The position numbers were made by a program, and so were the translations under genes. From Centroscyllium fabricii (lineage: Eukaryota): a DNA stretch of 64,000 bases. Shown piece by piece: positions 48,851 to 62,429 of this stretch. The notes beneath the pieces are model-generated. The model did no database searches and was not told the DNA's origin. It worked only from the letters and a program-made list of their open reading frames with translations. The stretch covers positions 37,882,001 to 37,946,000 of the forward strand of contig JBNRSN020000002.1 in the NCBI GenBank assembly GCA_051313645.2, written 5' to 3'. Positions within the stretch are counted from its first letter, which is position 1. Every line of letters begins with the position of its first letter.

Positions 48851-50474
48851 TTAAGTTTGGAGAGAGTTGGAGTCCCTTCCTTCTGTCTTCTGCTTGTGGG
48901 GATGATTATCACTGGAGCTGTTTGCCTATCCCCCCGACCCCAGCCACCACATCCCAGTTGTCATAAGAAATTGAATTTAGTGGCATTTGTGCTACTTAAC
49001 TTACTGAAAACTCTCCTTGCTCTTAATAATTACATGAATTATTTATGTTGCTGCAGCAAGGCGACCTCCTGAGCTTTTCAGTGACAGTCGAATAGAATTG
49101 AAGCTGAATGAATAAAGTTCAGATCAAGTCTCTTCAGCATCTGTTTTCCATCACTGCTCTCATGGCCCCTGTGACATTTGCAGAAATTGGATTTGAGACA
49201 AAAGGATATTCTTACAACAGTAATCAACAAAATTGCTCATCGGACAACCTCTCTTATTTGGATAACAGTATCTTAGAGTCATCTCAGCCCTGTGGCCAAT
49301 TATCTGGCACGTAACAGCAGTGATCTTAGCCCTATCTTTAGAAAAATAACAAATACAGTATAAAGAAAATCTGATTCCGCGGTGCATTATGCAAAATAAT
49401 TAAATGTCACCCATTTCTGGTCACCATAGTGTTAGAGTCGATGCTTGTGACGGGATGTATTTGAGTTTCTGTTAAAACTGTGTTACCAATAACGGTAAAA
49501 TTGTAAAATAGATTGTTTTCTTTCCCCCACCCCAGCCCTCATTGATGAAGTCTGGGTTTTGCTGGGGGCGATATTGTACTACAGGCATCAGTGGCCATAT
49601 TTCATTCTCCATACTTGAGCTATCTGATCAGAAAGGATATCAGAAATGAGCCTGATCCCATCCTCACCCAATGTCCACAAGCACATAAGGGTCCGATTTT
49701 CCTCCCCCATGTTAGATACTATGTTAAGGATGTTGGTCAGGGTGACGAACATAGAAGCACATCACCTTAGGTCACATCATCCACTGAACTGACATGGCCT
49801 TATTACCGTCTCCTTCGAAGTCCCATAAAAGCGTTTAAGAATAAAACTGTTCCTGCACATTAACTGCTGGCGCTGAATCAGAAAACACACCCACATGCCC
49901 ACTTCTTTGCACGCTGCCCAGCCAATTACTCAACCTGCAAATGTGAGAGATTAAAAGCGCAATTAATTTGTGTCCTGTAATTCAACTGTGCCGTTGCTAG
50001 GTGGCACAAGCGGACTTTAACAGACAGACGCAGCTTCAATAGTTACGACAGTGCTCAACCCCATTCTTTAATTCCTAGGAGTATGCAATGTTTATATTCA
50101 GAAATGAGATTCTGAGGAGCTGTGTGCAAAGACTGCATTGAATGTTAACCCTTCAAGGGATTATCCAGCAAATGATTTTCCATTATTAACCCCCTTTGTA
50201 AAACAAGCAGTTTCATACCTTATTATTTCCAGTGGTGAATATAACCAGATGAGAATTCCTCAACCGCATCCTATTCCTTTTACTTCCATGGTCTCAACAC
50301 AAATGTTTCCAGAATGGTTTCGCACCATATTCTCATTTACCGCATTGTAAAGAACTTCTTCTGGAACACTTTTTTGTCTCACTTAGTGCAGCCGTATTGT
50401 TTGCAGTGCTGAGGCTGTGGTTCCATTCACTTCTGGTGGTCCAGATTTCAATTTCAGTCATTTTTCTTGTCGTA

Positions 50475-50645
50475 ACAAACTTCTTCACCCAGAGGGTGGT
50501 TAGAATGTGGAACTCGCTATCAAAAGAAATAGTTGAGGCAACTAGCATAGACGCATTTAAGGCGAAGCTAGAAAGCGCATGAGGGAGAAAGGTATAGAAG
50601 GACATAGAATGGCCTGCTCCTGCTCCTATTTCTTATGTTCTTATG
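50475..50645 (+). mobile_element. CR1 LINE 3' remnant
   Basis: NFFTQRVVRMWNSL and a (TTCTTATG) tail. Confidence 0.75.
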
Positions 50646-51048
50646 ATATGTTGATGGGGTTAAATGGAGAGGGGAGGGAGGAGGCTCATGTGGAGCATAA
50701 GCGCTAGCATGGACCAGTTGGGCCGAAGGGCTCCTGTGCTGTAAATACTTTGAAATACTTTGTAACAGCTTTTCTTTCTTTGCTCGATCAATAATACATT
50801 GGTCATTGATCCTCTTCTTATTTCACCTAAGGCTCCAAATATACCGTCCTGCACAATCTTACTCCTCCCTGTATTCTCATTGTGGTGAACTATACAGCGA
50901 AAATTAATGTACAGCTGGGAATTTTCCTGAAGGTCCTCCCGATTGGCCACCGTAACTTCGGCAGAAGATCATTGTGGAAAACCCGAATATGCACATAAGC
51001 AGAGTTTCCTCCAATCTCCTTTTCCTTTGCCACGATCAACCATACATA

Positions 51049-51447
51049 GGGCGGCACGGTGGCATAGTGGTTAGCACTGTTGCCTTACAGCACTGGAGAC
51101 CCGGGTTGAAATCCAGCCTCGGGTGACTATCTGTGTGGAGTTTGCACATTCGCCCCGTGTCTGCGTGGGTGTCCTCCGGGTGCTCCGGTTTCCTCCCACA
51201 GTCCAAAGATGTGCGGGTTAGGTTGATTGGCCAGGATAAATTGACCCTTAGTGTAAGGGGGATTGAATATGTGGGGTTACGGGGATAGGGTGGGATATGT
51301 GTTGGTGCAGGCTCAATAGGGATCGAGGGATATGGGGAGAGGGCAGGGGCGGGGTACTGGGTTTGGATGATCAGCCATGATCTCATTGAATGGCGGAGCA
51401 GGCTCGAAGGGCCGAATGGCCTACTCCTGCTCCTATCTTCTATGTTT
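51049..51447 (+). mobile_element. HE1/V-SINE-like tRNA SINE
   Basis: Same family as 28708-29103. Confidence 0.9.
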
Positions 51448-51839
51448 CAATGTCTCTATACACAATTTCCCACCATATCCCTCATTCCTTCTTTTTTCAG
51501 AAGCCCTTCTGGTTGTCTCTTGAATTCTACCCTGTGTTCCAATGGCTTGCCCTGGTAACTTATTCCGCGACTCTATTACCACTTGGCTAAAAAATGTTCT
51601 GCCTATTTTCCCTTCTTACTCACGAGATACTCATTTTTAACTTGCATTTCCGAGGTTTCAGTGCAATGAGCAATTTGTAGTGTTTTCAGGTCTCATTTCA
51701 GGTTTACAGCATTTGTCTTTTTTCTTTGTTATCATTTCTCAACAGGGTTCATTGTTAATAATCTTCTTTCGCTTCCATGTAGAAAAACTGGGTTTCATGC
51801 TACCCTGCAAATTAAGAGCGATTTAATTACCATCTTAAT

Positions 51840-52596
51840 GGCCCGATATTTCCGAGCCACGCATATCCCGTTTGAGTTCTGGTGCGAGCGCACCAGAGCT
51901 CAAACCTGCATGAAGCAGCCGTTTGTGCTGCTTCATGACTTTCCGTAGGCGGCCAGCAGGGGGGGCAGAGTTCCTGCGATCGCAGGAACCAGTGCACCAC
52001 GTGGTGCACTGTAACATTCCGTTTTTTTCTCTAGGATTTTCATCGGGATAAGTATGGAAGATTCTACGCTTGGAAAAAGGAGTCGTAAGCACCCATTTTT
52101 ATCAGATAAGTCTTTATTTTATTGATTTTAAGTCTTGTTCGTTCAGGTTTTTAATTATTGTTAACTTTAAAGACAGGTAAGTATTTTTTAGGCCTGTTAA
52201 AGAGTGAAAACATTTTTTGTAAATTTTTATTTTTTCTTTAAAATAGGTTATTTATGTTAGTTGGAGTAATGTTAAAAAATGTGGTGTTTTTAAAATTTTA
52301 TTTTTGAGTTTAGATGTGCTTTGGAAATCTCTCTTTTGAAAACTTACACAGATTTCTGTGTGTAAGTTTTTAATGGAGGATTGCGTCCATTGATTGGCTC
52401 CCTGCCGATCACGTGATCTCGTGGGAGATTTCAAACTAATTACGCCGTTGAGTTGTCCACGGAGCTCACACAGCGCTCTGACAAGCTGTGCTAATCGGAA
52501 AGTCACAGTGCAAAAACTCAAAACTGAAAAAGTGCTGGGTATGTGCAAATAAGAGCACTGCACCCGCACGAAGGCTCCCGGGCTAATTTCTGGCCC
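51840..52596. mobile_element. Older Harbinger-type MITE
   Basis: GGCCCGATATT...AATTTCTGGCCC termini, flanks AAT/ATT, GC-rich ends and AT-rich centre as in 5701-6537. Confidence 0.6.
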
Positions 52597-53672
52597 ATTA
52601 TTTTCTACTTAGCTCTTTATTTATTTTTGTATCTTAACGAAGGTTTCACATCTGTAGGAGAGGTAACCCTCCAATGGGGTAGGGGAGGGTGAAGAAGAAT
52701 TGGACGTAGAGTCATTATTGGTGGCTCGTCTATGCCTTTTGGTGACTGCTGGGGATTGGTATTGATGGGAGACTGGGCTCAGGTCTGCCCCTCTGTCCTC
52801 TCAGTTGTAGGAGTGCACACCCCAGTTAGCCTTGTATGGAAAGAGAATCAAGAGTGACAATATTGGAGATTTCAGAGTTAAAAAGAATATGAGGGCCAAG
52901 GAAGCATGGGACAAGAACTGGCCCAACTCCTGAGTAAAATCCCAGGTCTTTTTTGTCTCCAGTCCGAATTGTTGCTTTTGACGAACTGGAACAATTAAGG
53001 CTGTAGCTTTAAATAATTATGTAAAAGGTTAAGGGTGCACGGTGGTTGCCATCAGGGAAAGCAATAAAATCCATCATTCATTATATTTTTCTCATTAGTG
53101 TTTTGGAGTATGCAATAAAATATGATGAACTAGAAAATTGGATAGCAGTAGAATATTCTCTCTTTAAAGGGGAAAAAAATCAAAAATCAGTGAAGTATCA
53201 AATCCTCGTATAATGCTTTATTGAAATGAACACATGCTATTTCTCAACTGAATACTCTGGAACAAGTGAGCTGAATACAGGATGAATTTGCAGGGAAGGT
53301 GGTGCCGAGAATTCAATTTAAATTTAAAATTGTTCCAGGCACCATCCTTCATGTCCGAAGGAATATGGGGGGGAAACATTAGGTTGGTTAGCACCTCCCT
53401 TTAGCATGCCGATTTTAGCACCGCTCGCGAAATTGACCAGTTGTTTTGTGGCGGCATTAAACACTACCGCCATGATCTCCTGCGCCTGCAGATCGTGAAG
53501 TCAGTCGAGCGTGCAACACCCCGGTAGCGCCCCAGACTAGATATTGAGTCACGCCCCCCCTGCCTTAGCGCCCGCCGCTAGGTATGACAGGTAGAGGGGA
53601 ATGTTTTCACGTCGGGAAGGGGCTGGGAGAGCACTATTTAAAGGCATGTAGGGGGTTTGGCTGGGTATTGTG

Positions 53673-53953
53673 TGTGGTAATCATATTACCAGTGTATATA
53701 GTTGGGTTACACCACAGACCAGTGTGTATAGTGGCTTGGTGTATTGTATGGTGTATTGTTTATAAGAACACTGTCGTGAGGTCAGGTCAGCCACACCTCT
53801 AACTCCTCCCCTCAGGTGAGAGCCTTATAGGTGAGGTCTGCCCTGCCCCCAGTCATTCTGTACTCGATGTTCAACTGGAGACTAGCTCCATCTTTAAGTT
53901 ATTAAAAGCCTATAGTTAAGGTAACTCGTCTTTGTATTATTGACGATATGTCA
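53673..53953 (+). mobile_element. Solo LTR of the A family
   Basis: Closely similar to 8107-8376, TSD TTGTG. Confidence 0.93.
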
Positions 53954-55246
53954 TTGTGCGAGGTCGGTTTGGCCCGTACCTGCCCGTGAGCGGTTTCGAG
54001 GTGCTCCCACTCCCCCTCCTGATTCTGGACACCGGGCTTATTACCAGACTACTGGTGGTGCAATAACACAGGTAGACAGACGACTTAGGTGAGTCAAATG
54101 AGTTTAAAAGGTTTTAATGAGAAGAGAAATCATGAATGGTACGCTACAGGTAAAACGATACAATCACTAGACAAAGGTACAGATTTGTGGAACACACGAC
54201 ACATCGAGGGATACAAATGACATGATACACCCCTTAACCTTACTACCCACCCTACTATGCCTATACCTAACCTAGGTCAATTACCAAGGGTCTGATTTCA
54301 TGCTCACCAGCCTAGGTTTAAATGCAACGAGTTTTGAGATTTCGCGTCGGTCTTTCAGGCTTCCGTCCTCACGTCTGCTGTGGGCTGTGACGTGGACGTC
54401 TCACGCAAAGGTTTTACGTCCCTCAAGGCTGGGCGCCTCGTGGCCTCCCGACAGTCTTAGTACGAGCTGGTCTTCGTGTCGTAGTACGAGCTGGTCTCTG
54501 TGTCGTAGTACGAGCTGGTCTTCGTAGAAATCCTGTGGTATTTCGCCGATGAACACCTGGCGAATGATTACTGGGGGCCCGTTTTGCGAAGCTCGCCCCA
54601 GGCACCCTCGAATGCCGGCTCTTTTCTTTAGGATGTCATACACAATGGGAATCACCCAGGTGCACCTTATTCTTTCTCCGGTCCGTACTGGATCATATTA
54701 AAATGTCTCTTTCGTTCCTGGCCTTCATTTGGGCCCGGCCTCGTGATATGGCCTGGGCAATTCCAGGGACTTTCAGTGCGGACCGGATAGACTGTCTTTA
54801 CGGAGCTCGATTCAACTCTTTGTCTTGGCTGGAATTCTCAGAATTCGACTGCCTGCCTCCCGATGTCTGCCTGCTCGTTTCTGGAAAACAAGTTGGAGGA
54901 GCTCTCCTTCCCGGTGCTGAACGAATTTCTTTATGACTGACGTATCGTCAATTAACTCAATAAAGCCAAAGACGAGTAGTGACCTTAACTACAGGCTATT
55001 ATTGACTTACATAGGAGCTATACTCCGAACGAACAACAGGTACAGAATGAACGGGTCCGGTCAGTCCTCACCTATAAAGGGCCTCACCTGGGGGAGGAGT
55101 TAGAGGTGTGGCTGACCTGGCCCCACGACAGTGTCACAACATCTTATGCACCCGACCGCTATGTACAGTGGTAATATTGGCACCAATATTACAGTGGTAA
55201 TTTATATACATATATATGGTTACCACATTCACCCCTTCTTGAAAAT

Positions 55247-58200
55247 TTAAGTCCGGCGGGGTGAATGGACAGAGCAGTTCATTATTAACTTGTCCGGCGG
55301 TCGCTTCTGTCTGGAGGACCGCCGAGGCTCTGGCAGAAGTTCCGTGTGATCTGTCCCGCTCGGGTCCGGTGGTGGTGACAGCGGCGCTGCTGCCGAAACT
55401 TCAGATGCTGGTGGTGGTGGTTGGTCCGAGCCATCAGAATGGTGGTCTTGGGCTGGCCACGGCTGGGGCTCTGGATACCTTGGTGGCCACTGTAGGTGCA
55501 GGGGGTGGTCGAAATATCGTGGCTGGGCGGGCTGCTGCCTGACCAGTGGCTCTGCTGTGGTGCTCCCGGCAGGCGCTAGGTCCCTGATGGAGACGGTGTC
55601 CTCGCGCCCGTCCGGGAACTGCACGTAGGGGTACTGTGGGTTGGCGTGCAGGAGCTGCACCTTGTCTACCAGGGGGTCGGTCTTGTGGCCGCGGACGTAT
55701 CTTCTAAGGAAGACCGGCCCCGGCGTCATGAGCAATGGGGGAAGAGCTGTCCCCGAAGTCGACTTCCTGGGAAAGGAAAACAATAAATCATGAGGGGTGG
55801 CGTTGGTGGCCGTACATAGCAGGGAGCGTATCGAGTGCAGCGCGTCGGGGAGGACTGCCTGCCAATGGGACACTGGAAGGCCTCTGGACTTCAGGGCCAG
55901 GGTGACCGCCTTCCAGATCCCTTTCTACCTGGCCGTTCCCCCGGGGGTTGTAATGGGTCGTTCTGCTCGAGGCAACCCCTTTCTGGCGCAGTTCATCGCT
56001 CATGAACGATGACCCCCGGTCGCTATGAATGTAGCTGGGGAGACCGAAAATGGCGAACAGCGCGGTGAAGTGTTTTATCACTGTTGCGCTCATCATATCT
56101 GGGCAGGGGAAGGCGAAGGAAAAGCGGGAAAACTCGTCTACAACCGTGAGGAAGTACGAGCTGCGGTCGGTGGAGGGGAGGGGGCCTTTGAAGTCCACGC
56201 TTAGACGTTCAAAGGGGCGGGTGGCCTTAATGAGGTGCACCGTGTCTGGCCTGAAAAATTGGGGTTTGCACTCGGCGCAAACAGGGCACTCTCGGGTCAT
56301 AGCCTTGATCTCCATGATGGAGTAGGGGAGGCTACGGGATCTAATGAAGTGGACGAGTCTGGTGACACCCGGGTGACAGAGGCGATCGTGGAGGTCCTTC
56401 AGCCGGTCTAGCTGGGCATTGGCGCACATTCCCCTGGACAGTGCGTCCGGGGGTTCATTGAGTTTGCCTGGTCGGTAAAGAATGTCGTACTCGTAAGTCG
56501 AGAGCTCGATCCGCCACCGCAGGATCTTATCATTCTTGATCTTACCCTTTTGTTTATTATTAAACATAAACGCAACCGACCGCTGGTCGGTGAGTAGGGA
56601 AAAATGCTTACCGGCCAGGTAATGACGCCAATAGCGCACGGCCTCCACGATGGCCTGGGCCTCCTTTTCCACTGCAGAGTGGCGAATTTCGGGTCCCTGT
56701 AAGATGCGGGAGAAAAACGCTATGGGCCTGCCTGCCTGATTCAGGGTGGCAGCAAGGGCAAAGTCCGAAGCGTCACTCTCCACCTGGAAAGGGATGGATT
56801 CATCAACGGCATGCATGGTCGCCTTGATGATGTCTTCCTTTATCCGGGCCAATGCCGTTTGGGCTTCTACCGAGAGAGGGAAGGCGGCAGCCTTGAGGAG
56901 TGGTCTAGCCTTGTCTGCAAACTGTGGGACCCATTGTGTGTAATAGGAGAAAAATCCTAGGCATCTCCTCAAGGCTTTGGGGTTGTGAGGAAGGGGCAGT
57001 TCCTGCAATGGGCGCATACACTGTGGGTCGGGGCCGAGGACCCCATTCTCCACCACGTATCCGAGGATGGTGAGCCGATCTGTATTAAAGACACATTTGT
57101 CCTTGTTATACGTTAGATCCAGCCGTTCCGCCGTGTCAAGGAATTTGGCCAGATTGGCATTGTGGTCCTGCTGGTCATGGCCGCAGATAGTCACGTTGTC
57201 CAGGTAGGGGAAGGTGGCCCGCAACCCGTTCTGGTCAACCATGCGGTCCATCTCCCGTTGGAACACTGACACTCCGTTGGTCACGCCGAAGGGGACCCGG
57301 AGGAAGTGGTAGAGCCGACCGTTCGCCTCGAAGGCGGTGTACGGGCGGTCGGCTTTCCGGATCGGGAGTTGGTGATACGCCGACTTAAGGTCGATTGTGG
57401 AGAACACCTTATATTGGGCGATCTGGTTGACCATGTCTGAGATGCGGGGGAGGGGGTAGGCATCGAGCCCGGTGTAGCGGTTAATAGTCTGGCTGTAATC
57501 GATAACCAGCCGCCGTTTCTCGCCAGTCTTCACCACTACAACCTGGGCCCGCCAGGGGCTGGTGCTGGCTTCAATTATCCGCTCCTCCAGCATACGCCCG
57601 ACCTCCGACCTGATAAATGTCCGATCCCCCACACTGTTGGTAGCAATAGGTTTGCAGTTGGGGTCGAGATTGGCGAACAGTGAGGGGGGGTCGATTGTCA
57701 GGGTGGAGAGGCCGCAGGCCGGGCTCCGCTTTGGGAAGGGACTGTCCCGGCTACTGACGGTGAGGTGGGGCAGGGTCTCGCTGAACTCCATTGTCATGCT
57801 GTTAAGGTGGCACTGGAAATCCAGTCCCAGTAAGGTTGGGGCGCACAGTTGCTTGAAGATGTACAACTTAAAGTTGCGGTACACGCAACTCTTGACTGTG
57901 AGCGTGACGGAGCAGTAGCCGGTGATGTCCGCGGTGTGGGACTGTGAAGCAAGGGAGACTTGGTAGCTCGTGGGCAGGATCTGCAGTCCATAGCGCCGCG
58001 CTGTATCAGGGTGGATGAAGCTCTCTGTGCTTCCAGTGTCGAACAGACAATTGGTAGTATGGCCGTTAACTTTAATCGGCATAATCGAGTTCGATAGGGT
58101 GTGCGGCCTAGCCTGGTCGAATTTTGATATGGCTGAGGCCGAAGTGTGTGTTTGTGTGTGGGGGCCCCCTGCTGGTTGGGGCTGAATACAAGATGGCGGC

Positions 58201-59476
58201 GCCCGTGGTTCGCACATGGCGGGCCGCTGGAGACAAGATGGCGGCGCCGGGGTGTCGCACATGGCGGGCCGCTGGAGACAAGATGGCGGCGCCGAGGGGT
58301 CGCACATGGCGGGCCGTTGGAGGCAAGATGGCGGCGCCCGTGGTTCGCACGCGGCTGACCGCTGTGAGCGCGTTGGTGGCGCCCGTGGTTCGCACGCAGC
58401 GGGCCGCGGTGGCTGGGTTGGCGGTGCCCGTGGTTCGCACGCAGCGAGCCGCGGTGGTTGGTTTGGCGGTGCCCGTGATTCGCACGCAGCGGGCCGCGCT
58501 GGGCGTAATGCCGGCGTTGGGGGGTCGCGCCTGGCCGGCTGTGGCATGCCGTGGGTGCAGCCGGCCTTTGCTGCATCAGGGTGGGAGATGGGGGCGCTTT
58601 TTCTCTACCCCCGGACCGTCGCTGGATCGCGCTGCCATTGCAGCTTACCTGAGGCCTGGCGGAGCTTTCGCAGGCTGTGCTGTTGTACCTGGAGTTGGGC
58701 GCCGGGGCTGATCTGCAGGCCTTTGCATAGTGTCCCTTCTTGGAGCACCTCTCGCAGGTCGCGGTCTTCGCTGGGCATCTCGCCCGTGGATGTAATCCCT
58801 GGCCGCAGAAGTAGCACTTTCTATCCGCCTGCGTCTTTGCGGCTGTCACTGCCATCGTGGGGGTCTCGGCCCGTTGTGGTGCTGCCCAGGCCTCGGCCCG
58901 TTGTGGTGCAGCCCACGCATCATGGACATGCAGGTTTGTGCCGCTGTACGCCTGCAGCTTGTTGCGTGCACCTTCCACCGAGTTCGAGATGGAGATCGCC
59001 TCCTCTAGAGTTAGGGAGTCTTTCTCTAGCAGCCGCTGGCGGGCCTCAACGCACCTTAGGCCTGTTACGTAGGCATCTCGGACGAGGAGATTCGCCTCCT
59101 CCTCTGCTGTCCGTGTTTGGCATCGACAGACCCGTACCAGGGCTTGGAGTGCCTGCTCGAACTGTTCATTCGACTCACCCGGTAGTTGTGGTCTGGTCGC
59201 GAGCACATGTCTGGCGTAGACAGAGTGGACCGGGCGCTCGTAGCATTTTCGCAGTTTCTCCACCGCCACTGGGTACATTTTGGCGTCCCGGATGAGGGAG
59301 AATACTCGGCTGGAGATCCTGGACCGGAGAACCTGTAGCTTGTTCCCGTCGGTTGTAGCCTTGGCAACGTCCATGTAGGCCTCCAGGAGACCGAACCAGT
59401 GTTCGAAGGTAGTGGCGGCGGCTGGGTCCTCTGGACTGATGTCCAGCTTCTCTGGTTTCACCGCGCCGCTCTCCAT
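55247..59476 (-). pseudogene. gag-pol: gag-pol of F with frameshifts and small deletions
   Basis: ORFs 57794-59476 (Gag, CCHC), 55788-58547 (LFDTGS, SPWRAQV, YLDN, RH, IN) and 55247-55873 (IN C-terminus). Confidence 0.92.
58188..58530 (-). repeat. ~8 x 45-bp tandem array in F, homologous to the array in A
   Basis: Encodes ACEPRAPPTQPPRPA / MCDPSAPPSCLQRPA repeats. Confidence 0.85.
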
Positions 59477-60468
59477 TTCGAATTTTTAAGTCAATAGAAT
59501 TGACGTATCGTCAATTAACTCAATAAAGCCAAAGACGAGTAGTGACCTTAACTACAGGCTTTTATTGACTTACTTAGGAGCTATACTCCGAACGAACAAC
59601 AGGTACAGAATGAACGGGTCCGGTCAGTCCTCACCTATAAAGGGCCTCACCTGGGGGACGAGTTAGAGGTGTGGCTGACCTGGCCCCACGACAGTGTCGC
59701 AACATCTTATGCACCCGACCGCTATGTACAGTGGTAATATTGGCACCAATATTACAGTGGTAATTTATATACATATATATGGTTACCACAATGACTCTGA
59801 GCTGGACAATTGTGCCTCTCTGTCTTGTCTGTGTGTCTCTCAAGAAGTGCTGCAAGAGTGTCTCTGTGCTGGACTAAACATATAATTATACTCCTCTTTC
59901 CAGCGCTATCTCCCACCCAAATCAGGTTCGCCTTTGTCTAATTTGGCGGGCTTCACTGCCCAACAATGCCTGGTGCTCAAAGTTGAGTAGTTGAAAACCT
60001 GTTAACGTCTTTCTGATAGCTTTATCCAGGGTCCGCATTGTCTAAGCTTTTACCTCGATACCGAAACCTCCGGGGTTGACTGGAGAAATGTTTATCACAA
60101 AATAAAGCATTTAACTTAACTTTGTTGTGTTCAATTGTTCTGCTTGGCCTGGTGGCGGCTCCTTCATGCACATTCAACTTCTGGCTGGCGTTCTACAACC
60201 CATGTATACTGAGATAACGCTTGCTGTCTGTTGGCTGTTGCCTGGCAGAAATCACTGCCTGCTGGCTGCGGTCATGTGATACAGACTCCATTTTGTGTCC
60301 GTTTTAAAATGTGTCCATTTTCTATAACTTCGTTTACAAGAGCTGGGAAGGCAAGAAATATTGCGAATCTTACAGGCGGTCACTTCCTGCCTTTTCTTGT
60401 GGGCAACATTTTTGGTTTTAACGCTGTCCTAAGGAGTTTTGGCCCTTAGCACCACTTTTGGGGTTCCT

Positions 60469-60882
60469 AAGCATAGAAGCATAGAAGCATAGAAGATAGG
60501 AGCAGGAGTAGGCCATTCGCCCCTTCGAGCCTGCTCCACCATTCAATGAGATCATGGCTGATCATCCAAACCCAGCACCCTATCCCTGCCCTGTCCCCAT
60601 ATCCCTCGATCCCTATCGAGCCTGCACCGACACATATCCCACCCTATCCCTGTAACCCCACATATTCAATCCCCCTAACACTAAGGGTCAATTTATCATG
60701 GCCAATCAACCTAACCCGCACATCTTTGGACTGTGGGAGGAAACCGGAGCACCCGGAGAAAACCCACGCAGACACGGGGAGAATGTGCAAACTCCACACA
60801 GATAGTACCCGAGGCTGGATTTGAACCCGGGTCTCTAGTGCTGTAAGGCAACAGTGCTAACCACTAAGCCACCATGCCGCCC
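60469..60882 (-). mobile_element. HE1/V-SINE-like tRNA SINE
   Basis: Same family as 28708-29103. Confidence 0.9.
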
Positions 60883-61234
60883 AGCTCTTTCCCTGGGCCT
60901 ATTCATTAGTGCTTTCAATTGCTTTTGAGGTCTCTCCAGGCTGAGAGTCAAGGCTGCAATGAGCAGAAAATGGGTTGCCAGCAAGATGGCCCCTCCCCTT
61001 TAAGAACTGGGCGCCAGCCTGTCTGGTTTCCATGGTAACTGACATCGACTAAGCTTTGGTAGCGTTCTGACGTAGCAACTCGCTCCCTGACGTTTGCCCC
61101 TTAAGAGAGGTGTGTAGCACCCTCCCAGAGAAACCTGCAAAAAAAACATAAGTTCCAGGCGCACGCGCTGCCTCTGCAGTGCACACGTTCGACCTCTGAA
61201 GCCCTTCCTTTAAGGGAACGGATGTTACGGTTTC

Positions 61235-61318
61235 CCACGCATGCGCAGTACATGCATGAAACCGGCACTTTCATTAGGCCTACGGGTACTCACCCGTGGA
61301 GACCTGAATTTCTGGGTC
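61235..61318 (-). mobile_element. Harbinger terminal remnant
   Basis: Reverse complement GACCCAGAAATTC...CGTAGGCC..GAAAGTGCCGGTTTCATGCATG matches 4822-4920, with AAT flank. Confidence 0.7.
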
Positions 61319-62043
61319 AATGTTGTTGTCCAATGCAAAAAGAAATAAGAACATGCATTTATATAGCACCATTTGATGATCCCAGGATGACCCAAATTGC
61401 TTTACAGTCAAGTAAGTACTTTTAGAAGAGCAGGCTCTTCCAACAATGTGGCACTCACTCAGTACTGCACCAGACTGTCAGCCTGGATTTTGCGTTCAAG
61501 TCTCCAGAGTGGGACTTAAACTCACAACCTTCTGGCTCAAAGGCAAGAATACCACCAACTGAGACACGGCTGACATATTGGACGCCTGACATGTAGAGAT
61601 AGCAACTTGCTATATTTCGTATGAAGTCTTAGCAGGACTAGACTTTCTGAGTGCTCGCCTGTGGTGTGATAACTCATTCACCATGAGGGTGAATCGGAAA
61701 ATATTCAGCTGCATGCCAGCAGTTTTCCTGATGTCCACTCCTAGTGGGCGAGGTAACTTATCCTGGGGAGGAAGACGGAAAATCGTCCGTGGAGCTTTTT
61801 TTTTTAGTGAACTTGAGCTCTCAAGTTTTTGTTCAAGAGTTTCAAGAATCTGAAATCTCATGCGTGCAGGGGAGAGGATTTGAATTGCATGATTTCCCCG
61901 CCCAATTCTGGAGTTCTCCAGCCCATCTCTTTGAACCTCGCAGTCACAACTCATGCAAAATTACACATTGCATGAGTCATCAGAAGACACAACGCTAAGT
62001 CAAAACAATTTTTACCAATAAATTGTCGCATTTTCTTTAAGGA

Positions 62044-62198
62044 AAAACATAGAAACATAAGAAACACGAGCAGGAGTAGGCCATACGGCCCCTCAACCCA
62101 TTCAATAAGATCATGGATGATCATCGACCTCAACTCCACTTTACCGCCCGATTTCCATATCCCTTGATTCCCTTAAAGTCCAAAAATCTATCTATCTC
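62044..62198 (-). mobile_element. CR1/HER1 LINE 3' end
   Basis: Shared tail GAGCAGGAGTAGGCCAT / AGAAACAT repeats. Confidence 0.75.
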
Positions 62199-62429
62199 TG
62201 TGATGAACCTTTTAGTGTGGTTCACACTGTGCGATTATTGTATATAGTTTGGGTTAATATATCTGTTAATATCTGTACATTTCTGAAAGGACCTGCACCG
62301 GCTGACCCCGCCTCTGGGTACGAGTATAAAGGAGAATGTTCCGCCCACTTATCTCTCATTCCGGGCGGGCTCATCGGAGACACGGTTCTGTTTCTTGTAA
62401 ATAAAAGCCACTTGTTAAGATCAAGCTGC
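62199..62429 (+). mobile_element. LTR (A/B/D/F-like) interrupted by element G
   Basis: TGTGATG start, TATAAAG at ~62325, AATAAAAGCC at ~62400. Confidence 0.7.

Larger units (their letters stand above)
54938..59790 (-). mobile_element. Gypsy element F (sister family of A)
   Basis: 290-bp LTRs 59501-59790 (5') and 54938-55227 (3') with about 4 differences by eye, TSD ATGAC, PPT AAGAAGGGGTGAA. Confidence 0.96.
53955..60338 (-). mobile_element. Probable long solo LTR (~1.5 kb net) hosting element F
   Basis: TGTG start. On the minus strand there is ATTAAA at ~54113-54118 and a TATA-like element at ~59880-59892. The right boundary and TSD were not resolved. Confidence 0.4.

Noticed and set aside
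48850-53360. Short ORFs in non-repeat-looking DNA as host exons
   Set aside because: No recognisable domains or consistent splice and frame structure. A small exon cannot be excluded without RNA data.
53367-61318. One large Harbinger MITE enclosing element F
   Set aside because: The left terminus (GGGGGGGAAACATT) matches the right TIR poorly and the TSD is not convincing.
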